Source: Macrostomum lignano (lineage: Eukaryota). Taken from it: DNA of 59,110 nt. The notes under the pieces are model-generated. The model did no database searches. It saw nothing but the letters and a program-made list of their open reading frames with translations, and was not told the origin of the DNA. A program made the translations under genes and the position numbers. Within the stretch, counting starts at the first letter, position 1; every line of letters starts with the position of its first letter. Where the stretch lies: assembly GCA_002269645.1 (NCBI GenBank), contig NIVC01002666.1, forward strand, positions 1-59,110, given 5' to 3'. Shown here piece by piece: positions 21,380-32,821 of this stretch.

Positions 21380-23728
21380 GGCCAGACAAGAATTCAGCTC
21401 ATGGCTGTGGGCCAGATAAAGAATTCAGCTCAGGGCTGTGGGCCAGATAAGAACTCAGCTCATGGCTGTGGGCCAGATAAAGAATTCAGCTCATGGCTGT
21501 GGGCCAGATAAGAACTCAGCTCATGGCTGTGGGCCAGATAAGAACTCAGCTCATGGCTGTGGGCCAGACAAGAATTCAGCTCATGGCTGTGGGCCAGATA
21601 AGAACTCAGCTCATGGCTGTGGGCCAGATAAGAACTCAGCTCATGGCTGTGGGCCAGACAAGAATTCAGCTCATGGCTGTGGGCCAGATAAAGAATTCAG
21701 CTCATGGCTGTGGGCCAGATAAAGAATTCAGCTCATGGCTGTGGGCCAGACAAGAATTCAGCTCATGGCTGTGGGCCAGATAAGAACTCAGCTCATGGCT
21801 GTGGGCCAGATAAGAACTCAGCTCATGGCTGTGGGCCAGACAAGAATTCAGCTCATGGCTGTGGGCCAGATAAAGAATTCAGCTCATGGCTGTGGGCCAG
21901 ATAAAGAATTCAGCTCATGACTGTGGGCCAGATAAGAACTCAGCTCATGGCTGTGGGCCAGACAAGAATTCAGCTCATGGCTGTGGGCCAGATAAGAACT
22001 CAGCTCATGGCTGTGGGCCAGATAAAGAATTCAGCTCATGGCTGTGGGCCAGATAAAGAATTCAGCTCATGGCTGTGGGCCAGATAAAGAATTCAGCTCA
22101 TGGCTGTGGGCCAGATAAAGAATTCAGCTCATGGCTGTGGGCCAGATAAGAACTCAGCTCATGGCTGTGGGCCAGATAAGAACTCAGCTCATGGCTGTGG
22201 GCCAGACAAGAATTCAGCTCATGGCTGTGGGCCAGATAAGAACTCAGCTCATGGCTGTGGGCCAGATAAGAACTCAACTCATGGCTGTGGGCCAGACAAG
22301 AATTCAGCTCATGGCTGTGGGCCAGATAAAGAATTCAGCTCATGGCTGTGGGCCAGATAAAGAATTCAGCTCATGGCTGTGGGCCAGACAAGAATTCAGC
22401 TCATGGCTGTGGGCCAGATAAGAACTCAGCTCATGGCTGTGGGCCAGATAAGAACTCAGCTCATGGCTGTGGGCCAGATAAGAACTCAGCTCATGGCTGT
22501 GGGCCAGATAAAGAATTCAGCTCATGGCTGTGGGCCAGACAAGAATTCAGCTCATGGCTGTGGGCCAGATAAAGAATTCAGCTCATGGCTGTGGGCCAGA
22601 CAAGAATTCAGCTCATGGCTGTGGGCCAGATAAAGAATTCAGCTCATGGCTGTGGGCCAGACAAGAATTCGCTCATGGCTGTGGGCCAGACAAGAATTCA
22701 GCTCATGGCTGTGGGCCAGACAAGAATTCAGCTCATGGCTGTGGGCCAGATAAAGAATTCAGCTCATGGCTGTGGGCCAGATAAGAATTCAGCACATGGC
22801 TGTGGGCCAGATAAGAACTCAGCTCATGGCTGTGGGCCAGATAAGAATTCAGCTCATGGCTGTGGGCCAGATAAAGAATTCAGCTCATGGCTGTGGGCCA
22901 GACAAGAATTCAGCTCATGGCTGTGGGCCAGATAAGAACTCAGCTCATGGCTGTGGGCCAGATAAGAACTCAGCTCATGGCTGTGGGCCAGATAAGAACT
23001 CAGCTCATGGCTGTGGGCCAGATAAAGAATTCAGCTCATGGCTGTGGGCCAGACAAGAATTCGGCTCATGGCTGTGGGCCAGACAAGAATTCAGCTCATG
23101 GCTGTGGGCCAGACAAGAATTCAGCTCATGGCTGTGGGCCAGATAAAGAATTCAGCTCATGGCTGTGGGCCAGATAAGAATTCAGCACATGGCTGTGGGC
23201 CAGATAAGAACTCAGCTCATGGCTGTGGGCCAGATAAGAACTCAGCTCATGGCTGTGGGCCAGATAAGAACTCAGCTCATGGCTGTGGGCCAGACAAGAA
23301 TTCGGCTCATGGCTGTGGGCCAGACAAGAATTCAGCTCATGGCTGTGGGCCAGACAAGAATTCAGCTCATGGCTGTGGGCCAGACAAGAATTCAGCTCAT
23401 GGCTGTGGGCCAGATAAAGAATTCAGCTCATGGCTGTGGGCCAGATAAAGAATTCAGCTCATGGCTGTGGGCCAGATAAAGAATTCAGCTCATGGCTGTG
23501 GGCCAGATAAAGAATTCAGCTCATGGCTGTGGGCCAGATAAAGAATTCAGCTCATGGCTGTGGGCCAGATAAAGAATTCAGCTCATGGCTGTGGGCCAGA
23601 TAAAGAATTCAGCTCATGGCTGTGGGCCAGATAAAGAATTCAGCTCATGGCTGTGGGCCAGATAAAGAATTCATCTCATGGCTGTGGGCCAGATAAAGAA
23701 TTCAGCTCATGGCTGTGGGCCAGATAAG
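21380..23728. repeat. 30/31-bp satellite (GAA[T/C]TCAGCTCATGGCTGTGGGCCAGA[T/C]AA[A])n
   Basis: About 75 tandem copies, no unique spacers. Confidence 0.97.
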
Positions 23729-23835
23729 AAAAGAACGGCGAAAGAGTAAAAGATTAGAGATAAGAGAGAGGAAAGGCGAGAGATGGGATCAGAGAAGAGA
23801 TAAGAGAAAAGAGGTGAGAGAAGGGAGAGGAAAGA

Positions 23836-24410
23836 AGAGAGGAGAGGAGAGGAGAGAGGAGAGGAGAGGAGAGGAGAGGAGAGGAGAGGAGAGGAGAGGA
23901 GAGGAGAGGAGAGGAGAGGAGAGGAGAGGAGAGGAGAGGAGAGGAGAGGAGAGGAGAGGAGAGGAGAGGAGAGGAGAGGAGAGGAGAGGAGAGGAGAGGA
24001 GAGGAGAGGAGAGGAGAGGAGAGGAGAGGAGAGGAGAGGAGAGGAGAGGAGAGGAGAGGAGAGGAGAGGAGAGGAGAGGAGAGGAGAGGAGAGGAGAGGA
24101 GAGGAGAGGAGAGGAGAGGAGAGGAGAGGAGAGGAGAGGAGAGGAGAGGAGAGGAGAGGAGAGGAGAGGAGAGGAGAGGAGAGGAGAGGAGAGGAGAGGA
24201 GAGGAGAGGAGAGGAGAGGAGAGGAGAGGAGAGGAGAGGAGAGGAGAGGAGAGGAGAGAGGAGAGGAGAGGAGAGGAGAGGAGAGGAGAGGAGAGGAGAG
24301 GAGAGGAGAGGAGAGGAGAGGAGAGGAGAGGAGAGGAGAGGAGAGGAGAGGAGAGGAGAGGAGAGGAGAGGAGAGGAGAGGAGAGGAGAGGAGAGGAGAG
24401 GAGAGGAGAG
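23836..24410. repeat. (GAGAG)n pentanucleotide microsatellite
   Basis: Direct reading. Confidence 0.97.
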
Positions 24411-25032
24411 GGAGAGAGAGAGAGAGGAGAGAGAGAAGATAAAGAGAGAAGAGGGAAGAGATCTGAGAGACACAAACCTTGAGCGGGTCGGGTAGAGAGG
24501 CTTTGCGGGCCGCATGTGGCCCTCGGGACGGAGTTCGCCGACTCCTGGCATAGCAGAACACACGTGCTGTATTTTAATAACTCTTTTTGGACTCATTTTC
24601 AACTCATTAGTTATAGAAATACGTAGATGATGTGTTACTTTGCAAAGATACTACTGAGCTGCTACTCAGTAGTATCATCACTACTCCCTGCCTGACGACA
24701 AGTTAATTTTCATCAATTAATTTTTATTTGAAACGTACTACTAGAACAATGAAAAATTGAGTATATTCGTAAACATACATGATTGACATTGTCCTTATAA
24801 ATGTCCAGCGGCATTAATCCGCAATAGGCATTAAAAATCAAACCTGCCCCATGGCCATGTAGCCCATGTACATTAACCTTCTGTATTTACCCTTTTTATA
24901 CTTTTCTGATATTAAAATAAACTTTCTATACATGTCGACACGAAGCGAGTAAGACTCAAACTCAAAACTTTGCCAACTTAACTTAATATCATTCATGATC
25001 ATGATCATGACGGATAATTGCAAAAAACAAAC

Positions 25033-25179
25033 AAAAAATTGGGGCCCAGCTCACTCACAGCTAGCTACCTTCCCGTTTCTCGACCGCCGTCTACTCACAC
25101 GGCCTTCGTCGAGTCGAGCAGCCTTCAGCCTCGCCTACTCTGTTCCATGGGATTGCGGCATGACCACTGAGCTGGGCCC
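25033..25179 (-). ncRNA. Candidate ~140-nt structured RNA polymerase III transcript (family unassigned)
   Basis: Perfect 12-bp terminal stem GGGCCCAGCTCA/TGAGCTGGGCCC, A-box-like CAGCTCAGTGG at the 5' end, inner hairpin CTCGAC-GCCGT/ACGGC-GTCGAG, and T6 two nt after the stem. Confidence 0.4.
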
Positions 25180-25915
25180 GCTGATGGACTGATGCCTTTT
25201 ATTTTAGCTATAAACTGATAGGCTGTTTTTCCTGTCTACCCTCCCCCCTCGCCACTAAATGTACATTCCACCCATCCAGCACCCCCTTAGACGTACGTCT
25301 TACCATCCGCTCTGCAATGTACAATGCCTATACCTTCTCTCGGCCACTAGGCCACTAACTTGCGATCAAATATTTAATTCACCTATTTCATAACAAGCAT
25401 TTATTGTTAAGCTCTTCGTAGCTTTTAGTAACCACCTTGAACATAAACTTACTTGATGTGCAGACAATTGCATAAAATATACGAATAACACTTGCGCTAC
25501 TCTACTCACTATTGTCAGTAGACGGATTTTTTTGGTGCCATGATTCATGCGCGCAAGCTCATGGAGGACTTGCCTTCACCTTTGCCTACCATAATTTGCC
25601 CTAAACTATTGTCTTTGTCTGTCTGTCTGCACTTTACAATACGTCTATTCATAAATTACATGTACCCATCGTGTACTCTATTTATTCATCTAAACAAGTC
25701 CTGTTCTCCTTAGGGATCCTTGGTCTCGCAGTCCTCATGTTTTTCAGGCCAGTTTATGGTTTGCTTATCTAATAAACTGTGACAGGGTTGAATTCTGGAT
25801 TGGAAATTTCTAGGACACTACTTTTCTGTTGAGTAGTATTGATACAATTTGAAGCTGCAGTGAAAAGGGCACAACTTTGTTGAGCTCTCTACTTTTTGTC
25901 TCCAGTACGCCTCTC

Positions 25916-26561
25916 CTGAAGAGTGAGTTTGGTCAATGAAATATACCCTGAAAAATACTGATTTCCCATGAATCTTTGACCTAACAGAAGTCCAAAAAAG
26001 CTATCCTTGAAATCATATCGCATTGTCTGCATAGCGTACAGGTGTGCTAATTAGTACAGTGATTTTTTGCACCAGGTGGGTACTACAAGAAGGACTAGAA
26101 GCTTAGGGAAGAACATGGCGACTATCCTGCACCTATGAAAAGACTAAAACTAGATAGGATTTATATTTCTCTTCTTTCTCAGTTACTTTTGGTTCATAAG
26201 TGCTTTTTTACCTGCCCATACCTGGCTAAAATAGCTGTACACCTGGAAATTGTGCTGAATTCACTCCAGGGCGCGTCTCTGCAACCCTAATCCTTGTAAC
26301 AGCGTATTTACCTGCTTGTGGCTCAAACTAAATTGAATTTAATATTTGCTTGCATATTGTTCTTTCGGTTTCCATAATCCATAGAAATAAAGACTTTCCG
26401 TGACAATATTTGCGTTCTCCGGGATTTTATTTGGTAATATTCAATAATATTCCGTAAAGTCTTTATGTCTATGGTTTATACGAGATTACACATGCCTTTT
26501 GAGGGAGTTATTTGTATAAATCACGAAAGCCTCAGGCCTCAGGCTCATGTTTAATCTGATA
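25916..26561. repeat. Left outer arm of a long inverted repeat (pairs with ~32184-32821)
   Basis: High identity to the reverse complement of the right arm by eye; differs by a ~35-bp insert and an altered hairpin. Confidence 0.9.
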
Positions 26562-29117
26562 CATAAGCTATTTGGCCCATAGACATATCTCCAGATAATT
26601 TGGCACTTATAGGACAAGGAGGGCAAGTTAATTCCTGTGTTATCTTCAGATAGAAAAGAAAAATAGATAGTGAGCAGTAGCTGCCATCTTTTAATCTGTA
26701 AACGTACAGAAATTAAACCATGCCAAACAATAAGCGCTCCCACGAAGAAAACCGATGTGTGTGCATCTTGTGCTTTCGGAAGGGGGACCGACCGCTGACC
26801 GCCACTCTAGAAGCGCTGGTTGAATGCCATGTGCTGCCAGGCTTCGCTGACCATCGAGGATTTCTGCCTTCCAGTATCTGCTATTCTTGCAGAATCAAGC
26901 TGATGTCGCAAAACAGCCCTGCACCAACACCTCTGCCACCAAGAATGCCCTACGAGCAAGTTATTGCAGATCTGCGCGATCTTCCACCACTCACTCGCAA
27001 ATTCCCCGAGTGCAACTGCTGGATGTGCCATGTGGGATCCAACAGGGCCAACAAGAATGTGGCAGTGTATCACCCCTTAATGCCAGATGAGTCTACAGCA
27101 GGAATCATGACGCCACTTGGTCGCCCTCCAAATAATGCAGCTGGGCCGATGGGAGACAGTGTTGTCAAACGCTGTGAGACGTGCTCATCGCCAGTGGCGT
27201 GTGGATTGAGGCACGAGTGTGGACAGGCGGCAAAGCTGCGCTATCTTGATGCCCTAAGCCCAAACTCAAGGGAGCACGTAGCCTGCGGTCTTCTGCGTGA
27301 GAAGCTGGGTGCAGCCACCTCTTCTGGCTCCTTAGCAACTGTAGCTTGACTTCTGGCACAGGTGGACGCCCACTCCAAGTTCGAGTGGCTGGTACATCAA
27401 CTACTGAGATTGCATCGCTGCAACATAGCACAATGCGGGCCATGAAGACTGCACTGAACCTCAGCACCAGCCAGACGCTACGTGCGGCTCAGGTGATCAG
27501 AGAAACGTCCGGAAGCAAAAAGGCCGTGCAGCCTGGGCTGAAGGAGTTTCTGTTTGCTGAAGATCAGACTGGTGCCAAGTTTTTTGCAACTGAGCGGCTG
27601 CAGTTTTTCTGCAAACAACCCAATGGGCAAGAGAGTGTGATCGAACGGTCTGTCGTGTTCTGCCGGGATGCAAATGCTTTTCTGGCGCACGTCAGTAACT
27701 CGAGAGGCACTGCTGAGATACACCAGAGAGTGAAACTTGCAACTCTTTAGAGGTGTGCGTCAGTGTTACCGTGGATGGCAGAGGATGCACTTCGTCTTCC
27801 CAATTCAACCGATTTATGGACTTCAGGAGTGAAAAAGATCCTCATCCTGGCCCTTGTTGAGGATGTCAGAGAATGCTACCAGAACGTTAGTGTACTAAGG
27901 TCAACCATCGACATTACCTCCATCAACTTCACGTTAGCCTGCGATTTTAAACTCGCCAACATTATTAGCGGGATCCAGAGCCACTCTTCATCGCATCCCT
28001 GCCGGTACTGTGAGGGCAGGCCGCCATGGGAAGTGCCAGCACAAAGGCGGACGCTCGGCTCAATTCGACGCCTTGCAGGTGAGTTTCAGGCAGCTGGTGG
28101 ACACCAGCCTCTAGCCAAAAACTTTGCCAACTGCGTCCAGCCCCCACTGCTACCTGGGAGCGACTCTGCTGAACTCCTGGACCTGGTACCACCGCCAGAG
28201 TTGCACATGATGCTTGGCATTGTAAACCGGCTGCTTGATGCTCTCAATGCAAGCTGGGGAGGCAATAAGGCCTACGAGTGGGCCTATGAAGCAGGCATCT
28301 GCCGGCAGCAGTACCACGGAGGTTGCCTGGAGGGCCTAGCATGCAAGAAGCTCCTCCTGAAGACGGGTGAGCTGTGGAGCGTGCTGCCTGCACACCTAAA
28401 GCTCTACGCAACTGCACTTCAGGACTTCAATGCTGTGCGCGAAGCTTGCTTTGGCCAAAGTCTGGCAGCTGACTTTAGTCTCTACATTGCTCGCTTCCAG
28501 ACAATATGCAGGTACATCGAGCTTCCAGTGACGCCAAAGATGCACGCGCTTTTTGACCATGTGCCAGCATTCTGCAGTAAGTTTGGCAAGGGGCTCGGCA
28601 GCTTCAGTGAACAGCCTGTTGAATCAGCCCACAGTGACTTCGAAGCCACCTGGCAGCGCTATAAGCGCCCCTTAATCATCCTCAATATAGCACGTGTCTA
28701 CTGCAAGCTATTGTCAACCACAATTCATTTCATATCTGAGCCAACTATGCCTTAACTTGTAACTTGCAACTTGCAAGTCACTACTACCCAAGATAACAAC
28801 GAGTAAACTGTTGACAACTTACTGTCAATTAAATTACCGGTTACATAGGATTTGTTAGTATTTTACTAGTTTTAACAAATATTCTAGTTATTTGACTCTA
28901 GTTATTTTACCTGTGTAGTCATTTGCAGCAAACAGGCCCAATGAGCTCTGTTCATTTTTTCTGTCTTTTGCGATAACTAACTCCCTTCTGTAATAGTTAC
29001 TGACTTGGTTTTGATTTTCAGTGCCAGCCAATTGCTGCACTGCTCCAAAAACCATTACAAGGAAAACCTATAAGTGCCAAATTATCTGGAGATATGTAAT
29101 GGGCCAAATAGCTTATG
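26562..29117 (+). mobile_element. Second Chapaev-type transposon, full length but decayed; ~51-bp TIRs
   Basis: TIR CATAAGCTATTTGGCCCAT...CACTTATAGG at 26562-26613 and its reverse complement at 29067-29117. No clean TSD (GATA vs GAAA). Confidence 0.8.
26720..28739 (+). pseudogene. Chapaev-like transposase pseudogene (at least 4 frameshifts)
   Basis: N-terminal Zn motif HEENRCVCILCFRK...LPSSICYSC...CNCWMC, then GRPL, RSVVFCRD, SGVKKILILALVEDV, ACDFKLANII...HPCRYC, PPELHMMLG, TPKMHALFDHV, FSEQPVESAH. Breaks near 27346, 27739, 27818 and 28670. Confidence 0.88.
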
Positions 29118-29145
29118 GAAACCGAAAGAACAGTATGCAAGCAAA

Positions 29146-29340
29146 TACACCATTTTACCTCCTATTTTGAACAAAGTCTTGTTCAAAAGAGAAAAGCAGA
29201 ACTTCAATTCAAACAAAGTCCCTTTCTATTGAAACAGACGAACTTCAATTCAGACTGTCTGTGGCCAAAACTGTCCCCGAATGACGCGCATGCGCAGATT
29301 TGAAATTCAAAAGAAACAAAGTCACATTCTATTTCGACAA
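29146..29340. repeat. Left inner arm of the inverted repeat (pairs with 31980-32179 and with 30015-30127)
   Basis: TACACCATTTTACCTCC...GACGCGCATGCGCAGATTTGAA seen in inverted form at two other sites. Confidence 0.88.
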
Positions 29341-29429
29341 AGGGATAAAACACAACATATCGACGAACATAAGAGTAAAATGAAAAACAGAAACAAGACA
29401 GTGTCAGTTGGCCAACTTGAGACACCTGA

Positions 29430-29900
29430 CCATCAATTGCCTATCCACCAACGCAGCGAGGGACGTATGTAAACACATGGTTGAACCACTCAGTGCACTT
29501 GCCCACAGAGATGCAGCCAATGGTTCTGTCCACCATGCTGTACAGAATGTCTCGCCGATAGGCCGCCATCGACTGATTGCCGTGCTACTCAGCTGTCGGA
29601 GCGATAAAATTTTGCTGGTCTGCTCTCTTCAGAGCGACCTTCCAACAGGAGATTAAGTTCTCCACAGGACTCAAAAATGGACTGTATAATGGAAGCCGCT
29701 TGACCTGAATGGAGTCCGGAATCTCGTAGGCTGCTTTTCCGCTCTCCCTGACCTCACAATCGTGTACGCTGTCGACCTCTTGACTCCAAGTTGGCGCGCC
29801 AGTTGTTCCATGATATCTTCATCGAATTCTGCTTCAAATTCACCGATTCCCCCTTCTTCCAGCAATTCATCGTCTTCTTCAATCTGATCTTCAGCATTCA
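29430..29900 (-). pseudogene. Internally deleted Tc1/IS630-superfamily transposase fragment
   Basis: HTH QLARQLGVKRSTAYTIVRSGRAEKQP is fused near 29725 to C-terminal EIPDSIQVKRLPLYSPFLSPVENLISCWK...CTEWFNHVFTYVPRC. The LPxYSPxLxPxE motif is typical of the superfamily; in-frame stops are present. Confidence 0.7.
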
Positions 29901-30451
29901 TATCGTTTCTTATTGCATTGCGCAACGATTGTACAGTTATGCAGTACAGGAAAAACAAAAAATTAGATTAATGTACTAAAAATGTACTCTCGTATCTAAA
30001 TGTATGTGCAAAAATCTCTGTCGGAATAGAATGTGACTTTGTTTCTTTTGAATTTCAAATCTGCGCATGCGCGTCATTCGGGACAGTTTTGGCCACAGAC
30101 AGTCTGAATTGAAGTTCTTCTGTTTCAAATAAAATCCGATTACTTATTTTATTGACATTTATTGGACTCATTCTGAGCCAGGAAAGCCTAGTCTATGGTT
30201 TAAAGTGCTATAATTCCAGGCACATCAAATGATTTGATGGCCCCAAAAGAAAGAAGTTTGAACCATAGACTAAACAGAGCTAGACAATGTACTTGGATGC
30301 AACAAAAAAACTGTTATTATATACTGTATAACGAAGCAACAAAAAGACAATTTTCTAGCCAAAGTATAGACAATTGGTAGGATTATATAGGAAACATATT
30401 ACGTTTTTTCAATAATAGGCACAAACGTTTGAAATTAAACGTTTCACAAAC

Positions 30452-31796
30452 TCACTTAAACTGAATTTCGATTTTAGCTCCATCAATGATGATAGACTTG
30501 ACACCGTGGTCAGTAATATCTCCAGAAGCGACAGGCTCACTTACATGCATGCCTGGATTAGATTCGGCTGCAGGAGACGCACCCTGTAAAACATTAGAAG
30601 CGAATCTAGCCACCTTTGCAGACGGAGCGATATAGCGTTCTATGGCAGCTGAACTGTGTCCAGTAATTTTCGCGATTTCGGGCCTGGACATGCCCTCGTC
30701 ACGCAGCGTTGTGGCGCAAGTCTTCCTGAGCGACTGATTGCTGTACTTCCCACTTGTTGGCTCCGGCAGACTCACCGTGACGCTGCGCACAACTGAATCG
30801 ATAGTGTGGCGTCCTAGTACCTGATTCTGATACCACTTCCCAGCTTGAATAGATGCAGGATTCCGGTACCAGGCCAAAAATAGTTGCGGCTTTGTGCATT
30901 CGGTCGGGCGGAGGCTGACGTAGCGCTTGTAAAAGCAAACAAGACAGCGATTGTGTCCTGGTGTATGATACACCGTGTTACGCTTGATAGGCCGATTGAA
31001 GGTCATAAGGCCACACGGTGGTGTTTTGGACACCGTGGTTTCGGCATACGTCAGAATCTCGTCTTCTCCCTCGGTCGCCAGTTGGATTTGTTTGTTATAC
31101 TCTAGGAGATAAAGTTCTCGTCCTCCACGAAGTCCAAACACTTTACCAATTAAAAATATCACTGTAAAAACGAGCGTCTTTGGTGTGCTGTCTCCAAGAA
31201 CTCCTCGCTCCCAGAGAGTGGCTTCCTCTGTGGCAGGAATCGGTGCTGCAGTTTGAGAGCCATTCAGGTTCCCGGCTTTAGCAGTCTCACGCATTGCCGC
31301 GTCCAAGGCCAGTCGCGAGCTAGCAAATTCTGCGTCCGTCCAGATAGGACATCTGGCGCTTCATTGTATACACGTAAAAGTGTTGGATCATCGATACCAA
31401 GTTTTTCAGAGTTCCCGGCGGATATTTTTCGCCATTCTCCTTCCTCACCTCAAAAACGAAGAATTGCAACAGTTCGTTGATCTCATTCTTTGTAAGCTCT
31501 TCGACAGGCTTAATCACCGCGAGTCCTGACAGACGGCCTTGCATTTGCAGTTGGACACGATTCTCCTTCCACGTCCGGAACACATTCATCGCCCACTTTT
31601 CTTTTGCTAGTGTAGACTCAGGTGAGCTCTGTAGCATTCTGCGCTCCAAAGCGGTCTCATCAAGCAGCTCACCGAAAGGAGAGCTAGGTTTGGTCGGCAG
31701 TGTTTTAGCGTTTCCGAGGGGCGGCGGAACTACATTTCCAGCAGGGGCCTGATCGAAAAAATTAAAAAAGTTGTCGCTATCAAATTCTTCTTCCAT
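30452..31796 (-). mobile_element. Crypton-type (CryptonA/DUF3504-like) tyrosine recombinase gene, +1 frameshift at ~31349
   Basis: STLAKEKWAMNVFRTW, FFVFEVRKENGEKYPPGTL, then FGLRGG (R), CLVCFYKRY, WYQNQVLG, NQSLRKTCATTL (HxxR site), ITGHSS, IERY (Y). Removing one base in ATGTCCTATC joins the two ORFs (~447 aa). Confidence 0.9.
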
Positions 31797-31979
31797 CGCG
31801 GTGTGGTTCAAGAGAAAGCTACGAAAGAAAGTAATTCGGATTTCGTCTAGCTAGTACTGTCTTAAATTTATGGAAAATTTGTCTCTGGTTGCTTCGCTCG
31901 CTTCGCTCGCCTCGAGACCATCAAATGCTGCCTCGGACTTTCTAACCCTAGAATGCGCATTAAACATCCATGATTATAT

Positions 31980-32821
31980 TTCAAATCTGCGCATGCGCGT
32001 CATTCGGGGACAATTTTGGCCAAAGACAGTCTGAATTGAAGTTCTTCTGTTTCAATAGAAAGGGACTTTGTTTGAATTGAATTTCCGCAAGGGTTGATAT
32101 TCGTTTAAATGTTTGAATTGAAGTTCTGCTTTTCTCTTTTGAACAAGACTTTGTTCAAAATAGGAGGTAAAATGGTGTATTAAGTATCAGATTAAACATG
32201 CCTTTTGAGGGAGTTATTTGTATAAATCAAGAGGGCCTGAGGCCCGAGGGATTTATGAAAATAACTCCCGAAAAAGGCATGTGTAATCTCGTATAAACCA
32301 TAGACATAAAGACTTTGCGGGATATTATTGAATATTACCAAATAAAATCCCGGAGAACGCAAATATTGTCACGGAAAGTCTTTATTTCTATGGATTATAT
32401 TCAATTTAGTTTGAGCCACAAGCTTGTAAATACGCTGCTACAAGGATTAGGATTGAAGAGACGCGCCCTGGAGTGAATTCAGCACAATTTCCAGGTGTAC
32501 AGCTATTTTAGCCAGGTATGGGCAGGTAAAAAAGCACTTATGAACCAAAAGTAACTGAGAAAGAAGAGAAATATAAATCCTATCTAGTTTTAGTCATTTC
32601 ATAGGTGCAGGATAGTCGCCATGTTCTTCCCTAAGCTTCAAGTCCTTCTTGTAGTACCCACCTGGTACAAAAAATCACTGTACTAATTAGCACACCTGTA
32701 CGCTATGCAGACAATGCGATAGGATTTCAAGGATAGCTTTTTTGGACTTCTGTTAGGTCAAAGATTCATGGGAAATCAGTATTTTTCAGGGTATATTTCA
32801 TTGACCAAACTCACTCTTCAG
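31980..32821. repeat. Right arm (~840 bp) of the long inverted repeat
   Basis: Reverse complement of 29146-29304 plus 25916-26561. Confidence 0.9.

Larger units (their letters stand above)
21351..24547. mobile_element. hAT (Charlie-like) non-autonomous element inflated by internal repeats
   Basis: Left end CAGGGGTCGGCAAA; right end TTCGCCGACTCCTG (2 mismatches); subterminal GCGGGCCGCATGTGGCCC. Direct repeat GCATAGCAG at 21342-21350 and 24548-24556. Confidence 0.8.

Noticed and set aside
25916-25960. Hammerhead-like CTGAAGA...GAAA at the arm terminus
   Set aside because: Stem II is weak, and stems I and III cannot be formed convincingly.
15296-29117. ProtoRAG-type RAG1L/RAG2L gene pair
   Set aside because: No kelch/PHD RAG2-like ORF in either element; the 4-bp TSD and motifs fit Chapaev rather than the 5-bp TSD of Transib/ProtoRAG.
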